Both the position numbers and the translations under genes were made by a program. Shown in pieces: positions 42,266 to 52,984 of a stretch of DNA of 64,000 bases. The notes below the pieces were generated by a model, which worked only from the letters and a program-made list of their open reading frames with translations, had not been told where the DNA came from and searched no databases. Positions within the stretch are counted from its first letter, which is position 1; each line of letters opens with the position of its first letter. Origin of the DNA: Klebsiella phage vB_KM5a1-KLB31; the sequence record PP582757.1; one strand, given 5' to 3'.

Positions 42266-42757
42266 ATGGAACTTACCGATATCACTCGCGCTTTTGAATC
42301 AGGTGACTTCGCACGTCCTAACCTGTTCGAAGTTGAAATTCCTTTCTTAGGAAAAAACTTCAGCTTCAAATGTAAAGCGGCCCCTATGCCAGCAGGCATC
42401 GTAGAAAAAGTACCAGTCGGTTATATGAACCGTAAAATCAACGTAGCGGGCGACCGTACATTTGATGATTGGACAATTACCATCTATAATGATGATGCTC
42501 ATGACACTCGTCAGGCCATTGTTGATTGGCAGAATCTTTGCCATGGTATGACCAACGAAATTACTGGTGCAGCACCGGCAGAATATAAAAAAGTTGCAAC
42601 CGTTCGTCAATTCCATCGTGATGGCAAGACTATTACTAAAGAAGTGACTATTACCGGTTTGTGGCCTACCAACGTTGGTGAAGTTCAGATGGATTGGGAT
42701 TCGAATAACGAAGTTGAAACATTTGAAACAACCTTCGCTATTGACTGGTGGGAATAA
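42266..42757 (+). CDS. 19: Tail tube protein gp19
   Basis: 163 aa, as in T4. Late promoter at 42247-42254. Confidence 0.95.
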   Translation: MELTDITRAFESGDFARPNLFEVEIPFLGKNFSFKCKAAPMPAGIVEKVPVGYMNRKINVAGDRTFDDWTITIYNDDAHDTRQAIVDWQNLCHGMTNEITGAAPAEYKKVATVRQFHRDGKTITKEVTITGLWPTNVGEVQMDWDSNNEVETFETTFAIDWWE

Positions 42758-42760
42758 GCA

Positions 42761-42768
42761 TATAAATA
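42761..42768 (+). promoter_or_regulatory. T4 late promoter TATAAATA (gene 20), followed by 5'-UTR hairpin GGAGACttcgGTCTCC
   Basis: Exact consensus, followed by a hairpin at 42779-42796. Confidence 0.65.
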
Positions 42769-42816
42769 GTATTATCAAGGAGACTTCGGTCTCCTTTCCC
42801 TACTTCGGAGACTCTA

Positions 42817-44394
42817 ATGGCAGCATTTAATAATAACATACTAAGTATTTTTGCTCCGTGGGCAAAAGCCGACGAGCTTGAATACAAAGAACAATTAAAC
42901 AACGATTTAGAGTCCATCACGGCGCCGAAGTTAGATGATGGAGCTCGTGAAGTCGAAGCTCAAGAACGTGATGTCCCATATAACGCGTTGATGCAACAGA
43001 TGTTCGGTACTAATGAACCGTTCATGAAAAATACGCGTGAACTTATCGACACGTATCGTAATTTAATGAATAACTACGAAGTTGATAACGCTGTTGCAAA
43101 CATTGTTTCTGATGCTATCGTCTATGAAGATGACCATGATGTGGTTTCATTAAATCTTGACGGTACCAAGTTTAGTCAAAATATTAAAGATAAAATTCTT
43201 GAAGAGTTCGGTGATGTTTTAAATTGCCTGAACTTCCAACGTAAAGGCACCGACCATTTCCAACGTTGGTATGTTGATTCACGAATCTTCTTCCATAAGA
43301 TTATTAACGTGAACAAACCAAAAGAAGGTATTCAAGAACTTCGTCGTTTAGACCCACGTCAATTACAGTTCGTTCGTGAAGTTGTTACTAAAAACGAAGC
43401 TGGCGTAAAAATTGTAGAAGGATATCGTGAATATTTCATCTATGATACTGGTCTAGAAAGTTATTCGTGTGATGGGCGTATTTACGAAGCCGGAACAAAA
43501 ATTAAAATTCCACGGGCTGCAATCGTATATGCTCATTCAGGTTTGTTATCATGTTGTGGTAAGAACATTATTGGTTATTTGCATCGTGCAATTAAACCAG
43601 CAAACCAGTTAAAATTAATGGAAGATGCGTTAGTCATCTACCGTATTACCCGTGCTCCTGACCGTCGTGTATTCTACATTGATACCGGCAACATGCCTTC
43701 ACGTAAGGCCGCAGCACACATGCAACATATTATGAACACGATGAAAAACCGTGTCGTATATGATGCCACGACAGGTAAAATTAAAAACCAGCAACACAAT
43801 ATGTCTATGACTGAAGACTATTGGCTGCAGCGTCGTGATGGTAAAGCAGTTACCGAAGTTGATACCATGCCTGGTGCTACTGGTATGTCGGATATGGACG
43901 ACGTTCGTTATTTCCGCCAGTGCTTATATCGTGCTCTGCGTATTCCTGAATCACGTATTCCTAGTGACCAGAACAGCGGTGTAATGTTCGATGCAGGTAC
44001 AACTGTTTCACGTGATGAACTTCAGTTTGCTAAATGGATTCGTCAGCTTCAAAACAAATTTGAGGAAATATTCCTCGACCCTCTGAAAACCAACTTAATT
44101 CTGAAGAAAATCATCACAGAAGATGAGTGGAATGAAGAGATAAATAATATTAAAGTTGTGTTTAACCGTGATAGCTATTTCAGCGAAATGAAAGATGCCG
44201 AAATCATGGAACGCAGAATCAATATGCTAACAATGGCCGAGCCGTTTATCGGTAAGTACATTTCCCATAATACAGCTATGAAGGATTTCCTTCAGATGTC
44301 TGATGAGGAAATTAACCAAGAAGCTAAGCAAATTGAATTAGAGTCCGATGAGGCTCGTTTCCAAAACCCAGACGAAGAAGAAGAGGAATTCTAA
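42817..44394 (+). CDS. 20: Portal vertex protein gp20
   Basis: 525 aa (T4 gp20 is 524 aa). Late promoter at 42761-42768. Confidence 0.95.
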   Translation: MAAFNNNILSIFAPWAKADELEYKEQLNNDLESITAPKLDDGAREVEAQERDVPYNALMQQMFGTNEPFMKNTRELIDTYRNLMNNYEVDNAVANIVSDAIVYEDDHDVVSLNLDGTKFSQNIKDKILEEFGDVLNCLNFQRKGTDHFQRWYVDSRIFFHKIINVNKPKEGIQELRRLDPRQLQFVREVVTKNEAGVKIVEGYREYFIYDTGLESYSCDGRIYEAGTKIKIPRAAIVYAHSGLLSCCGKNIIGYLHRAIKPANQLKLMEDALVIYRITRAPDRRVFYIDTGNMPSRKAAAHMQHIMNTMKNRVVYDATTGKIKNQQHNMSMTEDYWLQRRDGKAVTEVDTMPGATGMSDMDDVRYFRQCLYRALRIPESRIPSDQNSGVMFDAGTTVSRDELQFAKWIRQLQNKFEEIFLDPLKTNLILKKIITEDEWNEEINNIKVVFNRDSYFSEMKDAEIMERRINMLTMAEPFIGKYISHNTAMKDFLQMSDEEINQEAKQIELESDEARFQNPDEEEEEF

Positions 44395-44660
44395 TGGAAG
44401 ATTTAATCGAAGCTATTAAATCAAACGACCTCGTCGCAGTCCGTAAGGCATTTAGTACCTTGATGACTGAGAAGAAAACTAGTTTGATTGAAGAGCGTAA
44501 GGTCGAAATCGCTCGTTCCGTAATGATTGAAGGCGAAGAAGCTGAAGACGACGAGGACGATGAAGACGAAGGTAAAGACAAAGACGACAAATCTGATAAA
44601 GATGACAAGTCCGATAAGTCTGACAAAAAGCCTGGTAAAGACGATAAAGAGGAAGAATAA
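44394..44660 (+). CDS. 67: Prohead core protein gp67
   Basis: Small, highly acidic ([24 protein letters not shown]...); position after gene 20. Confidence 0.8.
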   Translation: MEDLIEAIKSNDLVAVRKAFSTLMTEKKTSLIEERKVEIARSVMIEGEEAEDDEDDEDEGKDKDDKSDKDDKSDKSDKKPGKDDKEEE

Positions 44661-45088
44661 TGTTCCTTATCCCTGATGAATATGAATTAGTAACGGAAAA
44701 CGTTGACAAGTTAATTCCAGAAGCACAGGGTCGTTTTGCCGAATTATCTGCAGCATTAGATAAAGCAGATATAAATAATCTTGTAGAGAACATGATTGCA
44801 GGTGGTGATATCGAAATGGGTATCGCACTTGGTTCATTGAATGAAGAAATGCAGTTAGACGAATTCATCGTAAAACACGTTTCTTCTCGCGGTGAACTTA
44901 CGCGTACTAAAGACCGTAAGACACGTGAGCGTAATGCATTCCAGACTACCGGATTATCTAAAGCAAAACGTCGTCAGATTGCTCGCAAAGCATCTAAGAC
45001 CAAACGTGCTAATCCTTCTATTCAGGTTCGTGGTGAGCGTAAACGTAAAAAAGCTCGTGCGAAACGTAAAGCATTTGGACTCTCATAA
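44660..45088 (+). CDS. 68: Prohead core protein gp68
   Basis: 142 aa (T4 gp68 is 141 aa); basic C-terminus. Confidence 0.8.
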   Translation: MFLIPDEYELVTENVDKLIPEAQGRFAELSAALDKADINNLVENMIAGGDIEMGIALGSLNEEMQLDEFIVKHVSSRGELTRTKDRKTRERNAFQTTGLSKAKRRQIARKASKTKRANPSIQVRGERKRKKARAKRKAFGLS

Positions 45089-45717
45089 TGAATGAACCCA
45101 TGTTACTAATTGAAACATGGGGTCAGCCAGGCGAGATTAAAGACGGTGTTCCTATGATGGAATCCCACGATGGAACGGAATCTGGTTTAAAGCCAGGCCT
45201 TTATATCGAAGGTGTCTTTATGCAAGCCGAAGTAGTTAACCGTAATAAACGCCTTTATCCTAAACGTATTTTGGAAAAAGCCGTGGCCAATTATATGGCT
45301 GAACAGGTTGCTACTAAACAAGCACTTGGAGAATTAAACCATCCACCTCGTGCAAATGTTGACCCTATGCAAGCCGCTATTATTATCGAAGATATGTGGT
45401 GGAAAGGCAACGACGTATATGGTCGTGCAAGAATTATTGAAGGTGACCACGGTCCGGGTGATAAACTCGCTGCTAATATCCGTGCTGGTTGGGTTCCTGG
45501 TGTCTCTAGTCGAGGTCTAGGCTCTTTAACTAAATCGCCTAAAGGATATAACATCGTTAACGAAGGTTTTAAATTGACGGTGGGTGTTGACGCTGTATGG
45601 GGTCCTAGTGCTCCTGATGCATGGGTTACGCCAAAACAAATTACTGAATCTACTGAAGATTACAGTGCCGATAACGAATTCCTTGCTCTTGCTAAAGCAC
45701 TCAAGAATTCGTTATAA
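45088..45717 (+). CDS. 21: Prohead core scaffold protein and protease gp21
   Basis: 209 aa; conserved order and motifs of the T4 prohead protease. Confidence 0.9.
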   Translation: MNEPMLLIETWGQPGEIKDGVPMMESHDGTESGLKPGLYIEGVFMQAEVVNRNKRLYPKRILEKAVANYMAEQVATKQALGELNHPPRANVDPMQAAIIIEDMWWKGNDVYGRARIIEGDHGPGDKLAANIRAGWVPGVSSRGLGSLTKSPKGYNIVNEGFKLTVGVDAVWGPSAPDAWVTPKQITESTEDYSADNEFLALAKALKNSL

Positions 45718-45720
45718 ATA
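45713..45720 (+). promoter_or_regulatory. T4 late promoter TATAAATA (gene 22)
   Basis: Exact consensus overlapping the gp21 stop. Confidence 0.6.
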
Positions 45721-45749
45721 ATTATGTAACTTAACAACAGGACTACAAA

Positions 45750-46577
45750 ATGCTTAAAGAACAACTTATCGCTGAAGCTCAGACTATTGATGCTTCCGTT
45801 GCTCTTGACAGTATTTTCGAAACAGTTAATCTGTCCCCGGAAGCTAAAGAGACCTTTGGCACTGTATTCGAAGCAACCGTCAAGCAGCACGCCGTTAAAT
45901 TGGCAGAATCTCATATTGCTCTTATCGCTGAAAAAGCTGAAGAAGCAGTAGAAAAAAATAAAGAAGAAGCCGAAGAAAAAGCTGATAAAAAAATCGCTGA
46001 ATCTGCCGGTAAATTCTTAGACCATATCGCTAAAGAATGGATGGCTGAAAACCAGGTTGCTATCGACCGTGGTATCAAAGCAGACCTGTTCGAATCGATG
46101 GTTGGTGGTCTTAAAGAACTGTTCGTTGAACATAACGTTGTTATTCCAGAAGAAGCCGTGGACGTAGTCGCTGAAATGGAAGAAGAACTGGCTGAACAGA
46201 AACAAGAAACAGCTCGTCTGTTTGAAGAAGTAAGTAAGCGCGACTCGTACATCAATTACGTGCAGCGTGAAGTAGCGGTTAATGAAGCTACCGTCGATTT
46301 AACTGAATCTCAGAAAGAAAAAGTACAGTCTCTTGTAGAAGGTATGGATTATTCTGAATCCTTCGGTACTAAGTTGGGTGCAATCGTGACCATGGTTAAA
46401 GGTTCTACGGTCACCGAATCTGAAGCAAAACCAATCACTGAAGGTGCTATAAATACACCTGAAGATGATGCTTCAGCACTGAACTTCGTTACAGAAGCAG
46501 TTGAAGAAGATAAAGCCGTTAAGGCTCCAATGACCCTGGCTGACCAGGCTGCTGCTTTCGCAGCTCGAATTTCTTAA
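45750..46577 (+). CDS. 22: Prohead core scaffold protein gp22
   Basis: Acidic helical 275-aa protein. Late promoter at 45713-45720. Confidence 0.9.
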   Translation: MLKEQLIAEAQTIDASVALDSIFETVNLSPEAKETFGTVFEATVKQHAVKLAESHIALIAEKAEEAVEKNKEEAEEKADKKIAESAGKFLDHIAKEWMAENQVAIDRGIKADLFESMVGGLKELFVEHNVVIPEEAVDVVAEMEEELAEQKQETARLFEEVSKRDSYINYVQREVAVNEATVDLTESQKEKVQSLVEGMDYSESFGTKLGAIVTMVKGSTVTESEAKPITEGAINTPEDDASALNFVTEAVEEDKAVKAPMTLADQAAAFAARIS

Positions 46578-46597
46578 TTTAACAAGGTTATCAACAC

Positions 46598-48157
46598 ATG
46601 AAAAACAACACTCTCGTAACTAAATGGCAGAAACTGCTTGAGAACGAAAACCTGCCTGAAATCGTAGGTGCGTCTAAACAAGCTATCATTGCTAAAATCT
46701 TCGAAAACCAGGAAACTGATATTCTTCAGGCTCCTGAATACCGTGACGAAAAAATCGCTGAAGCGTTTGGTTCTTTCTTGACCGAAGCTGAAATCGGTGG
46801 TGACCACGGTTATGATGCAACCAACATCGCTTCTGGTAATGCTTCTGGTGCTGTTACCCAGATCGGTCCAGCAGTAATGGGTATGGTTCGTCGTGCTATT
46901 CCTCATCTGATCGCTTTCGACATCTGTGGTGTTCAGCCTCTGAACAACCCAACTGGCCAGGTATTTGCTCTGCGTGCCGTTTACGGTAAAGACCCAATCG
47001 CTGCCGGTGCTAAAGAAGCGTTCCACCCAATGTACGCTCCAGATGCAATGTTCTCAGGCCAAGGCGCTGCTGAAGTCTTCGAGAAAATCGCTGCTGGTAA
47101 AGCTCTGACCGCTGGTAAAATCTACGTTCACGATTTCGTAGAAACTGGCCGTGCACACGTTCAGGCTGTTGAAGCTGTGACCGTTGATGCTGGTGCTACC
47201 GATGCTGGTAAACTGGATGCTGAAGTTGCTAAGCTCCTGGAAGCTGGTACCGTTGCAGAAATCGCTGAAGGTATGGCTACTTCTATCGCCGAACTGCAGG
47301 AAGGCTTCAATGGTTCTACTGACAACCCGTGGAACGAAATGGGCTTCCGTATCGATAAACAAGTTATCGAAGCTAAATCCCGTCAGCTGAAAGCAAGCTA
47401 CTCTATCGAACTGGCACAGGACCTGCGCGCAGTACACGGTATGGACGCTGATGCCGAACTGAGTGGTATTCTGGCTACAGAAATTATGCTGGAAATCAAC
47501 CGTGAAGTAATCGATTGGATTAACTTCTCTGCACAGGTTGGTAAATCTGGTATGACCCAGACCGTTGGTTCTAAAGCCGGTGTGTTTGACTTCCAGGACC
47601 CTATCGACGTACGTGGTGCTCGTTGGGCTGGTGAAAGCTTCAAAGCTCTGATGTTCCAGATTGACAAAGAATCTGCTGAAATCGCTCGTCAGACCGGTCG
47701 TGGTGCAGGTAACTTCCTGATTGCTTCTCGTAACGTTGTTAACGTATTGGCTGCAGTTGACCCAAGCGTTTCTCCAGCAGCACAGGGTCTGGGCCAGGGT
47801 TATAACGTTGACACTACCAAAGCAACCTTCGCAGGTGTTCTGGGTGGTCGTTACCGTGTGTATATCGACCAGTACGCTCGTCAGGACTACTTCACCATTG
47901 GTTATAAAGGTTCTAACGAGATGGACGCAGGTATCTACTACGCGCCATACGTTGCACTGACTCCACTGCGTGGTTCCGATCCGAAGAACTTCCAGCCGGT
48001 AATGGGCTTCAAAACTCGTTACGGTATCGGTATCAACCCGTTTGCTGATAGCGCTGCACAACAGCCTAAAGGTCGTATCACTTCAGGCATGCCTGATATC
48101 GTGAACAGCCTGGGTCTGAACGGTTACTTCCGTCGTGTATATGTTAAAGGTATCTAA
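46598..48157 (+). CDS. 23: Major capsid protein gp23
   Basis: 519 aa (T4 gp23 is 521 aa); full-length similarity. Strong terminator downstream. Confidence 0.95.
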   Translation: MKNNTLVTKWQKLLENENLPEIVGASKQAIIAKIFENQETDILQAPEYRDEKIAEAFGSFLTEAEIGGDHGYDATNIASGNASGAVTQIGPAVMGMVRRAIPHLIAFDICGVQPLNNPTGQVFALRAVYGKDPIAAGAKEAFHPMYAPDAMFSGQGAAEVFEKIAAGKALTAGKIYVHDFVETGRAHVQAVEAVTVDAGATDAGKLDAEVAKLLEAGTVAEIAEGMATSIAELQEGFNGSTDNPWNEMGFRIDKQVIEAKSRQLKASYSIELAQDLRAVHGMDADAELSGILATEIMLEINREVIDWINFSAQVGKSGMTQTVGSKAGVFDFQDPIDVRGARWAGESFKALMFQIDKESAEIARQTGRGAGNFLIASRNVVNVLAAVDPSVSPAAQGLGQGYNVDTTKATFAGVLGGRYRVYIDQYARQDYFTIGYKGSNEMDAGIYYAPYVALTPLRGSDPKNFQPVMGFKTRYGIGINPFADSAAQQPKGRITSGMPDIVNSLGLNGYFRRVYVKGI

Positions 48158-48167
48158 TACCTAACAA

Positions 48168-48200
48168 ATGGGAGACTTCGGTCTCCCATTTTTGTTTCTT
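48168..48200 (+). terminator. Terminator TGGGAGACttcgGTCTCCCA + TTTTTGTTT after gene 23
   Basis: 8-bp stem with TTCG loop and a long T-run. Confidence 0.7.
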
Positions 48201-48206
48201 GACCAT

Positions 48207-48214
48207 TATAAATA
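48207..48214 (+). promoter_or_regulatory. T4 late promoter TATAAATA (gene 24)
   Basis: Exact consensus after the gp23 terminator. Confidence 0.65.
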
Positions 48215-48240
48215 ATCATATACACTAAGAGGAATGTGCA

Positions 48241-49521
48241 ATGAGTAAAATTCATGACCTGTTGCGCGAATCAACAACTACCGTAGCCAACTCCGAGGCT
48301 CGTCCAAATCTTGTTGCACTGACTCGCGCCACTACAAAATTAATTTACAGTGATATTGTTGCACAGCAACGTACCACTCAACCTGTAGCTGCATTATATG
48401 GTGTCAAATATCTGTCGCCCGATAATGAATTCACATTTGCTACTGCTGCAACTTATGCAGGTGCTATTGGTTCAGAAGAACGTAAAACTATTCCTGAATA
48501 TACTGCTGGTATTAAAGCAGGATTGAAGAAAGGTGATTTTTTCAAATATCAGAATGTCGTTTATAAAGTATTAGTAGATGCGCCATTTGCTAATATCACT
48601 GAAACTGATTTGACTTTGTCTCTTCAAATTGCCTTAGTTCTTCTGACTGTTCGACTTATGTCTGATGCAGCTGATACCGAGAAATTTGAAGGTGGTGACC
48701 ATATTGCAGAAGCTAAATTCAAAATCAACAAATGGCAAGCTCATGTTCGTACTCGTAAACTGAAAAGTTCTCTGACTATTGAATTGGCCCAGGACCTTGA
48801 AGCTAACGGCTTTGATGCTCCTAATTTTGTTGAAGATGTATTGGCTACTGAAATGGCCGACGAAATCAACAAAGATATTTTACAGAGCTTAGTGACCATC
48901 TCCAAGCGTTATAAAGTTGAAGGCATTACCGATACCGGTTTCCTGGATTTAAGTTACCTTGCCGCGCCTGAAGCTGGTCGTTCTCTGTATCGTATGGTTT
49001 GTGAAATGGTTTCACATATTCAGCGTTCAACCACTTATACTGGTACATTTGTTGTTGCGTCTACGCGAGCGGCAGCGGTACTCGCCGCATCTGGCTGGTT
49101 GAAACATAAACCTGAAGACGACCAATATCTCTCTCAGAACGCCTATGGCTTCCTGGCTAATGGTCTGCCACTGTATTGTGATACAAACACTCCACTGGAC
49201 TATGTGATTGTTGGCGTTAAGGAAGATTTAGGTGGGAAGGAAGTAGTTGGTTCACTGTTCTACGCTCCTTATACTGAAGGTCTGAATTTAGATGACCCTG
49301 AACATGTAGGTACGTTTAAGGTTGTTGTTGACCCAGATAGTTTACAGCCTTCTGTTGCATTACTCGTTCGTTATGCATTGGCGGCAAACCCGTATACGGT
49401 TGCTAAAGATGATAAGGAAGCTCGTATTATCGATGCGGGTAATATGGACTTAATGGCGGGACGTAGTGACCTTTCTGTACTGCTTGGTGTCAAGCTTCCA
49501 GAAATCATTATTGAAGACTAA
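48241..49521 (+). CDS. 24: Head vertex protein gp24
   Basis: 426 aa; paralogous to gp23. Late promoter at 48207-48214. Confidence 0.95.
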   Translation: MSKIHDLLRESTTTVANSEARPNLVALTRATTKLIYSDIVAQQRTTQPVAALYGVKYLSPDNEFTFATAATYAGAIGSEERKTIPEYTAGIKAGLKKGDFFKYQNVVYKVLVDAPFANITETDLTLSLQIALVLLTVRLMSDAADTEKFEGGDHIAEAKFKINKWQAHVRTRKLKSSLTIELAQDLEANGFDAPNFVEDVLATEMADEINKDILQSLVTISKRYKVEGITDTGFLDLSYLAAPEAGRSLYRMVCEMVSHIQRSTTYTGTFVVASTRAAAVLAASGWLKHKPEDDQYLSQNAYGFLANGLPLYCDTNTPLDYVIVGVKEDLGGKEVVGSLFYAPYTEGLNLDDPEHVGTFKVVVDPDSLQPSVALLVRYALAANPYTVAKDDKEARIIDAGNMDLMAGRSDLSVLLGVKLPEIIIED

Positions 49522-49525
49522 AAAT

Positions 49526-49552
49526 AAAGGGAACCGTAAGGTTCCCTTTTTC
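49526..49552. terminator. Bidirectional terminator AAAGGGAACCgtaaGGTTCCCTTTTT between gene 24 (+) and rnlB (-)
   Basis: Perfect stem flanked by A-run and T-run. Confidence 0.65.
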
Positions 49553-49555
49553 GTA

Positions 49556-50566
49556 TTAATTCGATACTAATTCAATCCATACAGGACGAATAACACCCTG
49601 TACATAAGTTACAAGTTCTTTCTTCACAACATCTGGCTGGTCGGCATCAGTAATAAAGATTTCTTCACGACCCGCTTCTTCAAGAATATCTTGAACAGTC
49701 AGACCCATCACTTTACCGAAGTCTTTCGGGCCTACTTCACCAATCTTACTAATAACGTTGTTAACACGGTTCAGAGTGGCATAAGCCGCTAATGTAGACA
49801 GTGTAACTTTATCAATATCAGTCAGAACTACTGCGGCCTTAATAGGCTTATCTGATTTAGCCTTTTCACTGAACTTAGAGTTCTTACACTTAATAGCCAC
49901 ACGAGTACCATTAGGGAAGAACTTAGGATAACAAGGCTTCAGAACATAACCTTCTGCAATATTACGTGTGCCTGGCTCGATACCAAACGTGTGTTTATTA
50001 GCCGTTTCAAGGTCAACATGCTTAATCAGAGAATTATATGAACCAACAACTACATCAAAGTCGTTAGGAAGTTGAGCCAAAACATCAAATTTACCGCGAC
50101 CGAGCAATGGAGCCATTTTGAAGCCAAACGTATTACACATGGTTTCCATCATGTAATCATCTACAAACTGATTAGTGCCTTGATCGGTCTTAACCAGGAT
50201 ATCGAAGACATAGAAGTCTTTCTCACCATAATCAACACCCTTCTGAATTCCACCACCAGCAAACTCACCAAAAATCTGCATCGAAGAGCCTTCTTTAATA
50301 GTGTGCTGTACTGCCTTGATACTGTCATTATATTTCTTCAGAATAACAGAGTAACCAAAGAAATCTTCAGCTGGTAGAATAGGACCAGTGCGCTTCGCGC
50401 ATGTGACTGCGTCACGTTCAATTATGATACTAAAGTTTGTACCATGAATCTTTTCACGTGCTACCCAACCTTCAGTTACATCAAGGCCTGCACCACGAAT
50501 CTTCTCAATAAACTTACCATTGTAGTGGTTTTCAAGACTGGAATACTTTTCGAACATAATAAACAT
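49556..50566 (-). CDS. rnlB: RNA ligase 2
   Basis: Full-length similarity to T4 Rnl2, including the KIHG adenylylation motif ([11 protein letters not shown]) and the ...[11 protein letters not shown]-terminus. Confidence 0.9.
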   Translation of the reverse strand: MFIMFEKYSSLENHYNGKFIEKIRGAGLDVTEGWVAREKIHGTNFSIIIERDAVTCAKRTGPILPAEDFFGYSVILKKYNDSIKAVQHTIKEGSSMQIFGEFAGGGIQKGVDYGEKDFYVFDILVKTDQGTNQFVDDYMMETMCNTFGFKMAPLLGRGKFDVLAQLPNDFDVVVGSYNSLIKHVDLETANKHTFGIEPGTRNIAEGYVLKPCYPKFFPNGTRVAIKCKNSKFSEKAKSDKPIKAAVVLTDIDKVTLSTLAAYATLNRVNNVISKIGEVGPKDFGKVMGLTVQDILEEAGREEIFITDADQPDVVKKELVTYVQGVIRPVWIELVSN

Positions 50567-50665
50567 CCTATATTAATAGAAACGATCTTCTTACCCGGGC
50601 CGTTATAAATAGCACCCAAACCATTATAACTAAATATAACACATAAAATTTAAAGCATATTTGAA

Positions 50666-51034
50666 TTAGTAAACAATTTCAACCCAATCGCCATCGCGTT
50701 GGTCATGTTTCCAATTAACTACTACGCCTTCATCCTGCATCCACTTTGTCAACTGGTCTTTATATTTCTTTGCCAGAGCAGATGGGTACCAGTTGAATTG
50801 ACGTTTTCCTTTCATTGCCTGGTTTTTAAATTCCAGTTCGACTTCATCTTGTGCCTGTTTGAGCTCGCCTGTGGCGACAGACTCCGCCAAGGCACCGTAA
50901 TGAGCAGCCAGAGTAGTAATACGTGTCTCTTTGTTTGAGGGCTTCAGACCGCCAATAGGATGGCCTGATTCATCCCAACCTTGGATACGACGTTCATTTT
51001 TAAATTGCTCGGATGGAAACATTGGGTCACGCAT
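50666..51034 (-). CDS. Hypothetical protein (24.x-like)
   Basis: 122-aa ORF between rnlB and hoc, as the T4 24.2/24.3 ORFs are. Confidence 0.4.
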   Translation of the reverse strand: MRDPMFPSEQFKNERRIQGWDESGHPIGGLKPSNKETRITTLAAHYGALAESVATGELKQAQDEVELEFKNQAMKGKRQFNWYPSALAKKYKDQLTKWMQDEGVVVNWKHDQRDGDWVEIVY

Positions 51035-51245
51035 TGTAGCCTCTCATTTTCTCAACTAATTTAGTGTGATTGGTGATTAAACGTTTACGATAAACAACAC
51101 GTTCACGGTTCTTTGCACGTTCCTTAGCCTTCTCAACTTTAATCCATTCCTTCATAGCTTCTTTAGCACTGATGCCGAACTGTTTAGCGATATCAATGAA
51201 GGTTACACCGTTCTCGTGCATCATATGAATCTTTAATGCTTTCAT
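51027..51245 (-). CDS. Small basic protein with helix-turn-helix-like segment
   Basis: 72 aa; VTFIDIAKQFGISAKEA resembles an HTH. Confidence 0.35.
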   Translation of the reverse strand: MKALKIHMMHENGVTFIDIAKQFGISAKEAMKEWIKVEKAKERAKNRERVVYRKRLITNHTKLVEKMRGYNA

Positions 51246-51290
51246 TTGTTATCTCACTTATGAATGTAGGGACATTAAATCATCAAGTTT

Positions 51291-51320
51291 TAAAAGCAAA
51301 AAAGGACTCCCGAAGGAGTC
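51291..51320. terminator. Bidirectional terminator AAAAAAGGACTCCcgaaGGAGTCCTTT after hoc
   Basis: Stem flanked by A6/T-run; serves minus-strand hoc. Confidence 0.6.
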
Positions 51321-51326
51321 CTTTAA

Positions 51327-52148
51327 TTAGTAGATAATACCTGCATCTAAAGCAGAACGATGAACAATTCGTCCATTACGGGATTCTTGAACATCAACTT
51401 CAGGATAATCATCAATCATTTTAGCAAGATTAGCTAAATGGCAGTAGTAAGGGGTGTCGGCTGCCGTGGCAGTTTTCCAATCCTTACCTTCGACAGTAAG
51501 TTTCTGAATGGCATCCATAACCCACCAACCAGCCCAGATATAAGCAGAAGTTCGGTGCGGAAGAGGGTGGACATAAAGAATAGGACATTCAGCCGGGATT
51601 TCTGCTTCAGCCGACTGAACGGTTATTACAACTACATTAGATGTTTCTGATGCTGGGTCAAAACCTGCCGCAGTAGCCGATACGGTACAACTTAAATTAA
51701 TAGTTCCTTCGGTAGAAGCCGTAGCAGTAATATTTGCCGTAGTTTCACCAGTAGACCAGCTATAAGTCAATGCAGCACCTGGAGCCTGACCAGTAACTGC
51801 AACAGAGGCGGTATATTCTTCGCCAACTTTAAGAGTCGTTGGCTGAGCTGTTGCAACAACAGATAAAGTCATGACATCATTAACCGTAAGGTTGGTTGTC
51901 TGAGTCTGAACATCATCCGGCTCTGAATCAACTTTAGTGGTGGAAACAACTTTAATTACTTTAACACCTGCCGTAGCGGCTGTGTAATTAAAGGCGTCGG
52001 TTACAGAACTCTGAACTACATTGTCAACAGACCATTCATAAGTGGTCGTTGCACCTTCAGGGGCTCCCGTTAAAGTAGTGGTAAATGCTTGAGAATCACC
52101 AACAGTAATAGTCGGATTACTCGGTAAAAGTGTAAGAACAGTTGCCAT
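51327..52148 (-). CDS. hoc: Highly immunogenic outer capsid protein Hoc (two Ig-like domains + capsid-binding C-terminus)
   Basis: T/S/V-rich Ig-like repeats with a conserved C-terminal region (YVHPLPHRTSAYIWAGWWVMDAIQKL...YYCHLANLAKMIDDYPEVD). 273 aa against T4 Hoc at 376 aa. Confidence 0.75.
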   Translation of the reverse strand: MATVLTLLPSNPTITVGDSQAFTTTLTGAPEGATTTYEWSVDNVVQSSVTDAFNYTAATAGVKVIKVVSTTKVDSEPDDVQTQTTNLTVNDVMTLSVVATAQPTTLKVGEEYTASVAVTGQAPGAALTYSWSTGETTANITATASTEGTINLSCTVSATAAGFDPASETSNVVVITVQSAEAEIPAECPILYVHPLPHRTSAYIWAGWWVMDAIQKLTVEGKDWKTATAADTPYYCHLANLAKMIDDYPEVDVQESRNGRIVHRSALDAGIIY

Positions 52149-52177
52149 ATTAATTCCTTAGTAAAGGGCCGAAGCCC

Positions 52178-52927
52178 TTAATCCAAAATAACAAAACTAG
52201 AGTTACGTGTTTCGCGAATGCGAACTGAACCCTCACGCTTGATGTAATAAATCAAACTTAGAACTGTATCTAACCCGTAGTGATGTGGGAAACTTTTAGG
52301 TTTGGATTTCCAATCTGGGTTCTTTGTAATCCATTCGTAAATCCACCAAGGGAGAGTACAATAACCTTGACCTGGTCCGATTTTAGTTAATGACGGGCTG
52401 TAATTAGCCGGGAGTTCATATAACTCAGCTTTTTCAGATTCGATGATGGTTTGAATAGCCTGATTTAAATGCTCTTCATTAATAGGCTCGACAGGTTTTT
52501 CAATTACTTCACCTTCAGATGTTACGGTGATAGTGACATCGCCGATCGGAGCACTCGGAATAAATGGCGTACGAAGTTCGACTTCAGGAACTTTGATTTC
52601 AAGAACTTCAGGACGTTCGGTAGGACTGTCAAACAGAAGCTTGGCTTCTTCTTTTGCGCCTTCATCATCATTGATAATGAATTCTTTCTTACCTTCAAGT
52701 TCGTCATCAGCATCGATAAGGTCTGAAATAGATAGGCCTTCATTATCTTCAGGCAGAGGTTCAGACGCCAACTCTTTTAAACCGGCTTCGATATCAAGAA
52801 CAAGATTTTCAAACGAACGAGTTTTCTTGACTTTGATACCAAATTGTTCGGCATACGCTACGAGCTTATCTTTAGCTTCTTTTTTATCTTCGAGTGCACG
52901 AAGGTCTTCAATATATTGGTAATCCAT
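52178..52927 (-). CDS. inh: Inhibitor of prohead protease-like protein
   Basis: Position between hoc and uvsW as in T4; acidic 249-aa protein. Confidence 0.6.
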   Translation of the reverse strand: MDYQYIEDLRALEDKKEAKDKLVAYAEQFGIKVKKTRSFENLVLDIEAGLKELASEPLPEDNEGLSISDLIDADDELEGKKEFIINDDEGAKEEAKLLFDSPTERPEVLEIKVPEVELRTPFIPSAPIGDVTITVTSEGEVIEKPVEPINEEHLNQAIQTIIESEKAELYELPANYSPSLTKIGPGQGYCTLPWWIYEWITKNPDWKSKPKSFPHHYGLDTVLSLIYYIKREGSVRIRETRNSSFVILD

Positions 52928-52946
52928 AATGTTGTCTCTTCTAGTG

Positions 52947-52968
52947 TATAAATATGTATGTATTTATA
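52947..52968. promoter_or_regulatory. Divergent late promoters (TATAAATA + at 52947-52954 for uvsW; - at 52961-52968 for inh/hoc)
   Basis: Exact consensus on both strands in the inh/uvsW intergenic region. Confidence 0.6.
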
Positions 52969-52984
52969 ACTGGGACTGACTCCA

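Noticed and set aside
47054-48061. 335-aa ORF antisense to gene 23; similar long antisense ORFs at 40667..41203 (opposite gp18), 32330..32734 (opposite gp12) and 45911..46255 (opposite gp22)
   Set aside because: They lie entirely inside well-identified, highly expressed structural genes on the opposite strand, with low-complexity or implausible composition. They are artefacts of codon-biased sense strands.
50604-50611. TATAAATA on the plus strand in the rnlB/24.x intergenic region
   Set aside because: No plus-strand gene lies downstream for >2 kb. It is probably a chance occurrence in an AT-rich spacer, or at most an antisense late promoter, so it is not called.
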